Positions 1-10,049 of a stretch of DNA of 64,000 bases are shown piece after piece. The stretch is from a virus. The translations under genes were made by a program, and so were the position numbers. Position 1 is the stretch's first letter. Every line of letters begins with the position of its first letter. The stretch is taken from IMG/VR virus record IMGVR_UViG_3300035698_004821, positions 1 to 64,000 of that record. One strand, 5' to 3'. Below the pieces are notes generated by a model that was not told where the DNA came from, made no database searches, and saw only the letters and a list, made by a program, of their open reading frames with translations.

Positions 1-2
1 AA

Positions 3-626
3 GTTAGGAAAACTAAAGACTTTAGAAAACAACATAGAGTATTTAGAAAAGAATTAACTCTTCCCTTGGGTAATGTAGATGAGCCTCAGGCCTACGCTTT
101 AGGGGCCTTAATAGGAGACGGGTGTAGAGGTAAGCGCGCCCACGAAAAAAGGGCGAACATAGAAGTCATCAAAACATGGAACAGGAAAACCCTTCTAAAT
201 TTTGTGGCCGGCTTAATCGATTCAGATGGTAGTGTATACAGCAGTGGTAATGAGATAACCATAAATCTAAGCATGCAGGCTAAAGAACCTGTCTTAGCTT
301 TCCAATACGCTCTACTAGCTCTTTGGCAGCTTGAGTCTAGCATATACGTTGATAATAGGCCCAAGTATAAAAATGGTCCTGTCTTGAGCGTGTCTTTACG
401 ACATGCCCATAATGTACCTAGGATATTAAAAGAGCTAACCCCTTATTTAGCAATAGACAGAAAAAAGTACCTGCTAGAATATAACTCCATTTCTACTAAA
501 CATCTACCCACGGACGGTGGCCTTGGGATTATCACAAAAAATATAAGGGTGGAGCATTGCTACGATTTACATGTAGATTCCCCCACGAATCTATATTGCC
601 TCGCCAATGGATTAGTAACCCATAAT
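3..626 (+). mobile_element. Intein (C-terminal part) with LAGLIDADG endonuclease remnant, inserted in terminase Walker A
   Basis: Block C YALGALIGDG (93-122), block E FVAGLIDSDG (201-230), block F CYDLHVD and block G NGLVTHN ending at 626, followed by Thr (+1 nucleophile) at 627-629. Confidence 0.93.
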
Positions 627-2087
627 ACGGAGGCCATGGTTGTCGAGACTCTCCACCATGCTGTGACCAATAAGAACCATAATATTCTTATCATCGCTCC
701 GTATGAGCGACAGGTCGCAAGATTCTTTGATGAAATGAATAAGTTCATCGAATTGAGTGTAGGCCTAAAGGGATCCCTAGCTAGATATACAAAGACACCG
801 TCTTTGATGCAATTTAACAATGGCTCCAAGATACTTGGCTTCTCTGCTGGTGCAACCAGTGGTTCAGGGTCTGACAAGATTCGTGGACAGGATGCTCACC
901 TTATCATCATCGATGAGATTGATACCCTAGAGAATAAAGACATTGATGCCGTGCTTGCCATCCTCGCATCTCACAGTGACTGTAGGTTGATAGCTTCCAC
1001 AACCCCTCGTGGTTGGAGAAGAAGATTCTACACATACGTGACAGACAAGGACCTAGGCTTTAAAGAGTTCTGGTTCATCTCGGCTGAGTCTCCGGAATGG
1101 TCTGCTTCTACTGAAGCCTTCTTCCGAGGGACCACAGACCCTGTTACATACACTCAAGAGTATCTGGCTGACTTTGCTGAGCTTCAAGAAGGTGTATTCA
1201 AGGCTAGATGCCTGGACGCGTCTATACAGAACTATGAAACGGATAATTGGGAACCCAAGTATAACGCCGACTATATATTAGGTATTGACTGGAATAAGAC
1301 CGCTGGTACCCACATGGTCATTCTAGAGCTGTTTAATAATAAGTTACAGCTGGCTAAGAAAATTATTATTCCTGAAACAGAATACCTGCAAACAGAGTCA
1401 GTAGAGATCATTATTAACCTCAATAGGCACTGGAAGTTTAAGTACATATTCGTGGACGCTGGTTATGGTAGTGTTCAAGTGGAGCTACTTAAAAAGCACG
1501 CCCTAACTGAACCTAGTTCTCTACTAGATCAAAAACTATTCTCTATTGCTATGAACCAACACCTTACCGTGACAGACCCTGTTACTGGGGAAGAGGTCAA
1601 GAGAAGTGCGAAACACTTCTTAATAGAGCAGACTAAGAAACTACTGGAGGATGGGTTCCTTGTCCTGCCTAAGGTTGAGGATACGACCCTAAGTACAGGA
1701 ACAGGCAGCATGGGCATTGTACAGCAGATGAGAAACTTCCGGGTTGAGGGTATGTCTGTCTATGGCCTGCCTAGATACTCTCAGGGTGATGACCACACAC
1801 TCACAGCTTATTACTTAGCTTGTGGTGGCTACTACTGGAAGGAGGGTGACCTTAAGAGTGCGCCGTACGTGACACACATAGCTTCAGTTGAAGTGAGCGA
1901 CGAGGTTAATCAGAATGTACACCCATCTGTAATAGAGAGAGAGCATGACCAGCGTTCCGGATGGAACCTTGTAAAGACTACGTCAAAGAACCATAGGCAG
2001 GGTAATAGCAAGTCGAGAGGACTTGATAGTAACCCTAACAGTAGAGCCAGAGGTGGCGGTAGCGGTTTCACCAGGAAGAAATTCTAA
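3..2087 (+). CDS. terL: Terminase large subunit with intein (5'-truncated by the window edge)
   Basis: The frame is open from base 3, so the listed start at 66 is not the real start. After the intein come TEAMVVE (Walker A Thr), Walker B LIIIDEID, coupling motif ASTT, and RNase H-like nuclease motifs ILGIDWNK, FVDAGYG and DDH. It lies upstream of portal and capsid genes. Confidence 0.93.
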   Translation, partial: VRKTKDFRKQHRVFRKELTLPLGNVDEPQAYALGALIGDGCRGKRAHEKRANIEVIKTWNRKTLLNFVAGLIDSDGSVYSSGNEITINLSMQAKEPVLAFQYALLALWQLESSIYVDNRPKYKNGPVLSVSLRHAHNVPRILKELTPYLAIDRKKYLLEYNSISTKHLPTDGGLGIITKNIRVEHCYDLHVDSPTNLYCLANGLVTHNTEAMVVETLHHAVTNKNHNILIIAPYERQVARFFDEMNKFIELSVGLKGSLARYTKTPSLMQFNNGSKILGFSAGATSGSGSDKIRGQDAHLIIIDEIDTLENKDIDAVLAILASHSDCRLIASTTPRGWRRRFYTYVTDKDLGFKEFWFISAESPEWSASTEAFFRGTTDPVTYTQEYLADFAELQEGVFKARCLDASIQNYETDNWEPKYNADYILGIDWNKTAGTHMVILELFNNKLQLAKKIIIPETEYLQTESVEIIINLNRHWKFKYIFVDAGYGSVQVELLKKHALTEPSSLLDQKLFSIAMNQHLTVTDPVTGEEVKRSAKHFLIEQTKKLLEDGFLVLPKVEDTTLSTGTGSMGIVQQMRNFRVEGMSVYGLPRYSQGDDHTLTAYYLACGGYYWKEGDLKSAPYVTHIASVEVSDEVNQNVHPSVIEREHDQRSGWNLVKTTSKNHRQGNSKSRGLDSNPNSRARGGGSGFTRKKF

Positions 2088-4006
2088 TGAATCTAGAGTA
2101 CGATGGCAGGAAGCCTTTCCAGAGGGAAAGAAAGCTAACCGAAATACAGGACATTGATCAGTTTAGAGATAGGCTGACTGATGATGCTTTTGGTACTGAT
2201 GAAAGGCAAGAAGCTATCGACGAACTGTTCTCAGGGTTGGCTACTACATTTCTGAAAGGCAATGTCATCAAAGATGGCTTGTCCAAGATGAACCCTGCTC
2301 AGTTCATACCTATTGAAGAGTACGCTGACTCTGTACGAGCAGCGGCTACTCGACTAGCTAAGGAAGACTCTAAAGACGGTGACAGGATAACATACAGCCT
2401 CTACCAGAAGGCTATTGACATTACACTCGGTAAGAAGTGGGATCTACGCGGCGAAGTAATCAATATGCAGGTGCCTGCATCTGTAGAGCAGACTAGTAGG
2501 GAGACTACAGAGAAGCTCAGCAATGCGAAGGACACGGCAGACATGGTGAAGGAATTCATATCGGCTAATGGTATCATCACAACCATTATAGGTATGCTCA
2601 CTATCTCTCCCTTCCAGACAGTTATCTTCCAGGCACTGGGTGTAGAGCAAGGGGCCAAGGGCCTACAGATAGGGCAGATACCAGCGGGTATTGCTTTGTT
2701 CCTAGAACTAGGTATTAAAGCAGAACGAATACTAGCTATCCTTAAAGGGGCTAATATTTCCACACCTCTAGTAGAGCAACAGATAGAAGAGCTCTCTGCC
2801 TCTCCAGAGGCAAGAGCCGCAGCACTAGACAGTATTGGTCTAGACTATGACGAGTTCAAGAAAGGAAACGAATTCCAGGACTCACAGATCATCATCAAGT
2901 ACGTCTCCGAGTACTACGCAAGGTACGGTGGCTTAGACAGGCCACAAGGCTACCTGACGATAGATCACTGGATAGCCTACATGCATGTCGCCCAGAACCA
3001 ACAGACGATTAGAGGGGCTCTCAACACGGCACCTACATTCTCACCTAAGTTCCAATCGTACAAAGCTCAGTTCACAGACGTAAAGCCGCAGAATGATAAC
3101 ATCTTCAATACAGAAGCGGATGGAAAGGGAGGCACCAGTAAGATCTTTGTGCAGCTCGCCAGCTCCACTAGAGCGATTAAAGAATCAAGCGACGGATTGT
3201 ATGAGGATCTGATAGCCACATTCAACTACCAGTTGACCGACAGGGACCTATGCTGTCTCGTGCAGATCTTTGAAAAGCTAGGTGATCCAAACATCATGAG
3301 AACAATAGCCGGTCTGCTCCGCATACTCTCCACAAGCTTAGGTGGAGAGATAGTTAGAATAGAGAACCTCATATCTAAGTTCCTAGGCAACCTGGCCCAG
3401 GACGCTCTGTTTGAGATCATGGCCAATGTCAATGAGTTCTACTATAAGATAACACACAAGATAACCAAGGCCTTCACGGCAGACTTCGAGAACCTCTCCT
3501 CATGTGGTGGTATGTTCTCTCTTGGTTGGGCTCTACTACACTCTGTAAGAGTTCTATTCGATCAGGTCGATGCACTACTCAAGGAGATCAGCTCTACCAT
3601 AGGTGACTTCGGTGCCTCCAACTCAGGCTCATGGAAGTTGGGTGCAGACCGCCGTCAGCTCCTGGGAGTTGCTAGACTCCTAGAAATACAATCAGATAGA
3701 CCGGAACTGGCGAATAACTGTGCCATTGATAAGCCTACTATAATAGACAAGAACTATGACCAGGCAATTTTCTCAATACTAGAGGAAGTACCACCCAATT
3801 TAGTGATCTCCGAGGAAGACCGTAAGAAGTACTTCCCTAATCCCCCCACCTTCACTAGCGAGAATCTAAAGTTCCCATTTGGAATAGCGCCTGAGCAAAA
3901 TAGTGAGACGCTTGGTACAGACTGCTCAGAAGAGCAGCAACAGCAAAGAATTGACGAATTAGTCAGAAATATACAGACAGCTCTAGACGATACATTCAAT
4001 GGTTAA
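2087..4006 (+). CDS. Hypothetical 639-aa largely helical protein between terminase and portal
   Basis: Long ORF coupled to terL by TAATG. No recognisable motif. Confidence 0.75.
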   Translation: MNLEYDGRKPFQRERKLTEIQDIDQFRDRLTDDAFGTDERQEAIDELFSGLATTFLKGNVIKDGLSKMNPAQFIPIEEYADSVRAAATRLAKEDSKDGDRITYSLYQKAIDITLGKKWDLRGEVINMQVPASVEQTSRETTEKLSNAKDTADMVKEFISANGIITTIIGMLTISPFQTVIFQALGVEQGAKGLQIGQIPAGIALFLELGIKAERILAILKGANISTPLVEQQIEELSASPEARAAALDSIGLDYDEFKKGNEFQDSQIIIKYVSEYYARYGGLDRPQGYLTIDHWIAYMHVAQNQQTIRGALNTAPTFSPKFQSYKAQFTDVKPQNDNIFNTEADGKGGTSKIFVQLASSTRAIKESSDGLYEDLIATFNYQLTDRDLCCLVQIFEKLGDPNIMRTIAGLLRILSTSLGGEIVRIENLISKFLGNLAQDALFEIMANVNEFYYKITHKITKAFTADFENLSSCGGMFSLGWALLHSVRVLFDQVDALLKEISSTIGDFGASNSGSWKLGADRRQLLGVARLLEIQSDRPELANNCAIDKPTIIDKNYDQAIFSILEEVPPNLVISEEDRKKYFPNPPTFTSENLKFPFGIAPEQNSETLGTDCSEEQQQQRIDELVRNIQTALDDTFNG

Positions 4007-6143
4007 ACCAGTTTATATAAATACACCTGTACAAGGTAAGGATATCAAATTATCTATACAGGGATCTAGAGGTGGAGACATCGTCAAAGCCCTAGAGAAT
4101 CGCACCAAAATGCTGGGAAGAGTCAGGGGTTATGAGTACAAAGGACCCACTAGCTCCATAGGACGCCATAATGGCACCCGATTTACAACGCCTATATACG
4201 ACCTTAGTGAAATAGCCAGAGCCTCTGACATTGAACCTTACATAACTCAATCCATACGTAAGCACAGAGAGCAGATCCTAAAGGAAGGCTATCAGGTGTC
4301 CGGAGGAGATGAGGACTTCGTTAAGTATATTAAGACAAGACTCTTCGAGATATCCCTCCTAACTGGTATAACTACAGAGAGTTGGGTCAGAGAACTAGTA
4401 ACTAACCTAGTTACGTATCACAACGCATACATCATATTTAGACGAGACGCTAAGAGGTCCAGTGGTAAACCTATCAAGGTATGGGGCAAGGAACTAGAGC
4501 CTATAGCCGGTGTGTTCGTAGGCGACCCCACCACGATGGAAGTGAAGGTAGATAGGTTTGGCACACCTAAGAAGTGGCGCCAACATATTGAGGGAGGAGG
4601 CGTTGACGGTGGAGTCATTGATAAGGAGTACGCCTTCCAGGATGTAGTACACATCACAGTAGACAAGAAGACAGGGTTCACGTTCGGCACCCCATATTTG
4701 CTGCCGGTCCTAGATGACATCCGTGCCCTACGTAAGCTAGAAGAAGTAGCTATTATCGTCGCCTCTAAGGAGGCGTTTCCTTTATACCACTACAAGGTGG
4801 GTACTGAGAACAAGCCAGCCATATACTACGATGGTGGAGAGAACGAGGTAGACAAGGCACATGCTGAAGTACAGGGACTGCCGGCACAGGGTTACATCGT
4901 AACTAGTGAGAGACACGAGATTAAGCTCGTTAGTAGAGAGGGCTCTGCGCTAGACCTATCCCCCTACCTAGACTACTTTGAAGCAAGGTGTATTGCTGGT
5001 TTGAGACTATCTCCCCTAGACTTGGGTAGAGGTGGAGGCTCCTCAAGAGGCACCGCAACCAACATTAACAAGGGACTACAGGACTCTGCTAAGGATTACC
5101 AACAGGTCATCTCAGACACCATATCCCACTTTGTCATACTGCCACTCCTCCTAGAGGGTGGCTTTGACGTCGTAGAGGAGAACCTGGTTAAGTTCACGTT
5201 CCCCACTATAGATAGAGAAGAGGAAAGAGCTGCCCAGAACCATGGCCTTCAGCTGTTCATGGGTAATGCTATTACTACCTCTGAATTCCGTAAGCAATAC
5301 CTTAACAAACAGGCACTTACTGATGAAGATGAGAAGGACTGCAACAGGACTAAGGAGACTGAGGCACAGAAGGAGCTTGCTCAAGTAGCTGCTGCGGCTA
5401 AGGCCTCATCAGCCTCTTCAGGTACTGACTTAGGTCAGAAGTCTGTTAAGAACACCATTAGCAACAAGGGCCAGCCAGCTAACCAAAGTGGGACTAAGCA
5501 GGCTAAGAGCCGTTTCAAGGCTAACGACTATGAGTCTAAAGCCCTGAGCATATACTCTGCTCACAAGTCCAGCATCATAAATAACATAAATGACTTCGTC
5601 AAAGACGATGGCGTCATAGAAGAAATATTCCGTGACGTGGTCAAGTCATGCGTAGAGGCATCCAGAGAGTACATAGATGAGTCGATAGAAGAAGGGTACC
5701 TAAAGGCCAAGAAGGAATACGAGACCGCCAATCCAGATGAGGATGTGGACTTCGAAGAGTTGGGTAACAGAGCCAAAGATAGGTTCTACGCAAACTTCGT
5801 AACCAAGTCATACTGGAAGACCATCACACCCTATAAAGCTCAGATTAACGTGTTCCTCCAGAGGGACAAGGACAACAATCTGGACACCCCGTCGATCGTG
5901 GGTTGCCTGCATATCATTGAGGATAAGATCAAAATATTAATAAGAGATCAGTTAATCACGGCAGAAAGGTTTGGCTTTATTAAGTTTGCAAAAAAAATGG
6001 GCAGCAAAACTATTGATTTAGTGAATCCTGATAATCAGGAAACAGCGCCTTTAGATATAAGTAAGCTAATCTACAAAAGTTTTATCCCAACAGCCGTCGA
6101 CATTGACCACTTTTTAAGCTTTTCTACATCTAAGGAAGAATAG
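3999..6143 (+). CDS. Portal protein with C-terminal extension
   Basis: Synteny between terminase and protease. Portal-like segments (NLVTYHNAYI, DPTTMEV, DVVHI...FGTPYLLPVLDDIRALRKLEE), then an Ala/Ser linker and an extra helical domain. Confidence 0.85.
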   Translation: MVKPVYINTPVQGKDIKLSIQGSRGGDIVKALENRTKMLGRVRGYEYKGPTSSIGRHNGTRFTTPIYDLSEIARASDIEPYITQSIRKHREQILKEGYQVSGGDEDFVKYIKTRLFEISLLTGITTESWVRELVTNLVTYHNAYIIFRRDAKRSSGKPIKVWGKELEPIAGVFVGDPTTMEVKVDRFGTPKKWRQHIEGGGVDGGVIDKEYAFQDVVHITVDKKTGFTFGTPYLLPVLDDIRALRKLEEVAIIVASKEAFPLYHYKVGTENKPAIYYDGGENEVDKAHAEVQGLPAQGYIVTSERHEIKLVSREGSALDLSPYLDYFEARCIAGLRLSPLDLGRGGGSSRGTATNINKGLQDSAKDYQQVISDTISHFVILPLLLEGGFDVVEENLVKFTFPTIDREEERAAQNHGLQLFMGNAITTSEFRKQYLNKQALTDEDEKDCNRTKETEAQKELAQVAAAAKASSASSGTDLGQKSVKNTISNKGQPANQSGTKQAKSRFKANDYESKALSIYSAHKSSIINNINDFVKDDGVIEEIFRDVVKSCVEASREYIDESIEEGYLKAKKEYETANPDEDVDFEELGNRAKDRFYANFVTKSYWKTITPYKAQINVFLQRDKDNNLDTPSIVGCLHIIEDKIKILIRDQLITAERFGFIKFAKKMGSKTIDLVNPDNQETAPLDISKLIYKSFIPTAVDIDHFLSFSTSKEE

Positions 6144-7651
6144 TGAAAAACATACATTTCAAAGACTCTATAGTTATCGAACAACCTGTCTCCTCTGTCC
6201 TTAAGACAGATGCAGAAACCATGCTCAACCGAGACAGGAAGCCGAGACTGAAAGTACAAATAGACGCCACACACTCTGGTGTTATCATTAATAATAGGGT
6301 CTATCCTGGCAAGTTTGTCAGGGATGGACACACCTCTTTCTTCTCTAAAAAGAATGGTGGCTCCTCAGAATATGACAAACCAATACTGAAGCACCACAGT
6401 ATGGATGAGGACCCCATCGGTCGCATCATTGATGCTCAGTTTTCACAACTCAAGCACGGACAGTTATTCGATACTGATTTCCTGCAGCCCGATGAGAACG
6501 GGAGTAAAGGGTCTGGAGTAGTAACTATAACAGGGATCATCACTGACCAAGACGCTATAGCGAAGATACTCGACTCACGATACCTAAGTGTATCAGCCGG
6601 ACATAGTTCATCATACATGCTATGCTCCAATTGCGGTGACTCTATCTTTGAGTGCTCTCACTATCCCGGACTACGGTATAATGAAGAGGGCGAAGAAGAT
6701 GAAGATGGTCTAGCATGTTTTGCAATTACAGGTCCCATGAGATACAATGAGGCCAGCTTTGTTAACCTGCCCGCATCCCCTGCAGCGAAGTTAGTAAACT
6801 ACGCGTGGGAAGACTCCAAGGATTCTTGGTGTAAAACAGACATTATTGCCAGCCAAGTTCAGGGTCGGAAAGAAGCGGTACGAAGTTTCTCTCTCTGTGA
6901 TGAGGATGGCGAACTAAGCCTTCTTAGTGGTAAGAGTAAATCTTCCACAAAGAAGACAGTGATTGTAGTAAGCCCTGCAATCGCGGACAAGCTCAAGCAT
7001 GTTATATCTTCTGACGACACTGTTGTGGAGGACGAGCCCATTGATGGCCGTCAGCCAGACAAGAGTGTGAGCTCGGGAGCCTCAGATGCGGCGCGAACTC
7101 TTGATAAGGCGAACGATTTAGATAACACTTCTAAAAAGGAAACTGAAATGGAAAAAGAACTCGAAGACGCCAAGACCGAGATCTCAAGCCTAAATGATCA
7201 ACTAACCACAGCCAAGACCACAACCACTACATTAGAAAAAGAGGTTCAGGCTAAGAATAGTCAGATTGAAAGGCTCACGAGCGACGCTCAGGGCATGCAA
7301 GACAAGATGTCACAGACACTTGCTATGTCACTAGCGAGCATGAGAACTCGTTTCGGCAAGCAGCTCCCTAAGGGTGATGACGGTGAAGACCTAACGACGG
7401 ACCAACTAATTGAAAAGTTAGCTGGAAGATCGGTAGAATCTCTACAAGATTCCCTTGCGGACCTAATGTTTGAAATTGATCAACTACCTGTTGACAAAAT
7501 TGATACCGATGTAAAACCAGCTGATAAGATTATCAGTCAGGATAAGGTATCAGACCCAACCCATCAGCGTGATGGGAATGCACCAAAGGACAAGAAGCCA
7601 GCAGCTCCAACAAGAGCGGTTGACAAACTATCCAGTGGTCTAGGACTATAA
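6143..7651 (+). CDS. Prohead maturation protease with C-terminal coiled-coil scaffold domain
   Basis: KPILKHH...DPIGRI and ILDSRYLSVSAG (catalytic His/Ser-type motifs), CSNC..ECSH Zn-like insert, EASFVNLPA, and a heptad-rich C-terminus. GTG start overlaps the portal stop (TAGTG). Confidence 0.85.
   Translation: MKNIHFKDSIVIEQPVSSVLKTDAETMLNRDRKPRLKVQIDATHSGVIINNRVYPGKFVRDGHTSFFSKKNGGSSEYDKPILKHHSMDEDPIGRIIDAQFSQLKHGQLFDTDFLQPDENGSKGSGVVTITGIITDQDAIAKILDSRYLSVSAGHSSSYMLCSNCGDSIFECSHYPGLRYNEEGEEDEDGLACFAITGPMRYNEASFVNLPASPAAKLVNYAWEDSKDSWCKTDIIASQVQGRKEAVRSFSLCDEDGELSLLSGKSKSSTKKTVIVVSPAIADKLKHVISSDDTVVEDEPIDGRQPDKSVSSGASDAARTLDKANDLDNTSKKETEMEKELEDAKTEISSLNDQLTTAKTTTTTLEKEVQAKNSQIERLTSDAQGMQDKMSQTLAMSLASMRTRFGKQLPKGDDGEDLTTDQLIEKLAGRSVESLQDSLADLMFEIDQLPVDKIDTDVKPADKIISQDKVSDPTHQRDGNAPKDKKPAAPTRAVDKLSSGLGL
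7148..7651 (+). CDS. Probable nested scaffolding protein from an internal in-frame start
   Basis: SD-like AAGGA (7136-7140) lies 7 nt before an in-frame ATG at 7148, which begins the coiled coil MEKELEDAKTEISSL. Confidence 0.6.
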   Translation: MEKELEDAKTEISSLNDQLTTAKTTTTTLEKEVQAKNSQIERLTSDAQGMQDKMSQTLAMSLASMRTRFGKQLPKGDDGEDLTTDQLIEKLAGRSVESLQDSLADLMFEIDQLPVDKIDTDVKPADKIISQDKVSDPTHQRDGNAPKDKKPAAPTRAVDKLSSGLGL

Positions 7652-7663
7652 TAAGGAATAATT

Positions 7664-8587
7664 ATGGCAATCAGAGTACCTCGCGGATTTGAAGTTAGTC
7701 GACCGTATTACAATGAGCTTTGTGAAGGTGTACGCCCAGTTGCTGGCGCTACAGCAAAGGAAGCTTGGACGGGACTAGCAATGACTCGGGTCGATGAACA
7801 ACATCACGACCCAATCGTTTTAGAACCTGGTACCCTTGTGGGTATGGTAACAGGTGGAAACGCAATAGCAGAAGGCAAAATGACCCCAGCGGTCATGGGA
7901 ACAGGAGCATCGGACGCCGGTAACCTATCCCAATTCGGAAGTTCAAACGCATGGACGCTACCCATTGGTGCACAAGCTGCAGCAGTTGGTCGTGTTAAGC
8001 CAATTGGCGTTTGCTACCAGCCGATTTACAGCTTCATCCTACAAGATCTTTACACAAACTACACCCGTAACACGGCTGTTGGTGTTGTAACGGACTACGT
8101 TATCCAGATTCCGGCCCTTAACACGGACGAATGGGCTATCGAACCAGGTGATGCAATCATGCTGGGTGAAGGAAAGAACCACGGTATTGGTTACGTTGGC
8201 CCACTAGCCAATGGCACTAACCCAACACACGCTGCTGGCACACACCTTGCGGGACGTTACGCAGCTGTGAAGAACTTCGGTGCTGGTTCCTACGGTGCAC
8301 CTTATGTTGACAACGACTTGCACGACCGTGTAGTCGGTAGATGTCTTAAGAAGATCAAGCTCGGAAACACCACTAGCGCAGTAGGCACCATGCTTGCTGA
8401 TGACCTAGCTAACTTCACGATTGATCCGGCAGCAACAACTGAATACGCACATCTTGCAAAGATTCAGACTGTACCAGGACTACCACTGTCTGGTTCAGGA
8501 ACTAAGGGTATACCAGGCTTTTTCCTCGGCGCACGTGCTGACGCGAATGGAGATTACTGGGGCATGACCCTTCTAATTCGCCTGTAA
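7664..8587 (+). CDS. Capsid decoration / minor head protein
   Basis: Lies between protease and MCP. Strong SD TAAGGA (7652-7657); Gly/Ala-rich beta protein. Confidence 0.6.
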   Translation: MAIRVPRGFEVSRPYYNELCEGVRPVAGATAKEAWTGLAMTRVDEQHHDPIVLEPGTLVGMVTGGNAIAEGKMTPAVMGTGASDAGNLSQFGSSNAWTLPIGAQAAAVGRVKPIGVCYQPIYSFILQDLYTNYTRNTAVGVVTDYVIQIPALNTDEWAIEPGDAIMLGEGKNHGIGYVGPLANGTNPTHAAGTHLAGRYAAVKNFGAGSYGAPYVDNDLHDRVVGRCLKKIKLGNTTSAVGTMLADDLANFTIDPAATTEYAHLAKIQTVPGLPLSGSGTKGIPGFFLGARADANGDYWGMTLLIRL

Positions 8588-8599
8588 TAGGAGATCAAA

Positions 8600-9961
8600 A
8601 TGGAAGATAATCAATTTGACGTGTTCGATAATGCAGAACAAAAGAAAGTCCTGCTAGACATGAAGGCTGAACTAGAACGGTCGAAGGAAAAGAGCACGGA
8701 AGACATGCTCGGTTTCGACGATAGCCCTCTAGTTAGAAAAGACAGAGCTAACCTCTCGAAGGTTCGCGACGTCTGGACGAGAAATGGATACCTGGACAAC
8801 TCCGGTGAGCAGATCACTATTGATCAGCTGCTAGAGAAGGACATCGCTGCCACTCGCCAAATGCAAGATAACTTCAGTACTGACCTACCACTGCTAACTC
8901 CAAGAGTTATCAGCAACTTGGTTCGTGAAGCTATTGAGCCAAACCTGGTTCTGACCCCGCTGCTAAGCAGAGTTAACTATAGTCATGGTACAAGAGTGTC
9001 CTTCCCGACATTCGGTGCTCTAGCTAATGGTGCTGCTGATATTGCAGAAGGTGAAGAGTACCCAGAAGGCACCATGGAAATGGGTGGACAAACCGAATGT
9101 ATCATCGGCAAGAGCGGTATTGCTGTAAAGGTAACCGAAGAGCAGAAACGATACAGCCAGTTTGACATCATATCCATGAACTTCCGCGCAGCGGGTAGAG
9201 AACTAGCTCGTCTAAAGGAGATGAAGGTCTCGAAACTCATTACCAGCAATGGTTTGACTCTGATCGACAACCTAAACGCTGGATTCCCAAGTGCGACTGG
9301 TAGAGATGCCAGTGGTAGCTACAATGGTACCCTAACCCTGGACGACATGTTCAAGGCCTGGAGTGTTATGGTTGACACCGGCTTCGTTCCGAATACTCTT
9401 ATCATGCACCCGTTTGCATGGAGAATCTTCGCGGAAGAAGGCATGTCACGCCTATTCGGCTTCAACAGTGGAAACCAAGCTATGCTATGGCAAACGCCTC
9501 AGGGCAGTCCTGGTAACGCTTCGCAATGGTCGCAGACCATGCTAAACCAAAACACGTATGTTTCGAGTCCCGAGAACATCGCGAGCACGTTCACACGCGT
9601 TCCGTCCCTGTTCCCGACCAACTTTAACATCATCGTATCCCCATACGTCAACTTTACGGCAGCAACCAGTCTCACTGACATCGTCTTCTGTGATATCAAT
9701 GAACTTGGCATCATGGTCGTAGACGAAGATGTGACGATGGATGAGTGGAATGACCCAGCTCGTGACATCATGAAAATGAAGCTTCGTGAGCGTTATGGCC
9801 TGGCCGTCAAGAACGATGGCCGTGGAATTGGCCTTTTGAAGAACATCAAGATCGCGAAGAGTGTTGACTTTGTTGACCGTATTAGTGTTGATTACACTAC
9901 CGGCAGCTTTGGCGCTACTCCTCTAAGTGGAGATGAGACTTACACAGCCGACCCTACCTAA
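8600..9961 (+). CDS. Major capsid protein (HK97-like fold)
   Basis: SD AGGAG (8589-8593). LLTPRVI..VREAIEP, IAEGEEYPE, KSGIAVKVTEE, PNTLIMHP and KLRERYG resemble large-phage MCP motifs. Followed by a terminator. Confidence 0.9.
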   Translation: MEDNQFDVFDNAEQKKVLLDMKAELERSKEKSTEDMLGFDDSPLVRKDRANLSKVRDVWTRNGYLDNSGEQITIDQLLEKDIAATRQMQDNFSTDLPLLTPRVISNLVREAIEPNLVLTPLLSRVNYSHGTRVSFPTFGALANGAADIAEGEEYPEGTMEMGGQTECIIGKSGIAVKVTEEQKRYSQFDIISMNFRAAGRELARLKEMKVSKLITSNGLTLIDNLNAGFPSATGRDASGSYNGTLTLDDMFKAWSVMVDTGFVPNTLIMHPFAWRIFAEEGMSRLFGFNSGNQAMLWQTPQGSPGNASQWSQTMLNQNTYVSSPENIASTFTRVPSLFPTNFNIIVSPYVNFTAATSLTDIVFCDINELGIMVVDEDVTMDEWNDPARDIMKMKLRERYGLAVKNDGRGIGLLKNIKIAKSVDFVDRISVDYTTGSFGATPLSGDETYTADPT

Positions 9962-10000
9962 TCTAACTGATTAGGTGGTGTAGCCTGTAAATAAGCAAGC

Positions 10001-10038
10001 GGAGCCGGATGCTGTAAGAGGTGGCCGGCTCTTTTTTT
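10001..10038 (+). terminator. Intrinsic terminator after MCP
   Basis: GAGCCGG (10002-08) pairs with CCGGCTC (10025-31), followed by T7. Confidence 0.8.
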
Positions 10039-10049
10039 AATACCTACCC

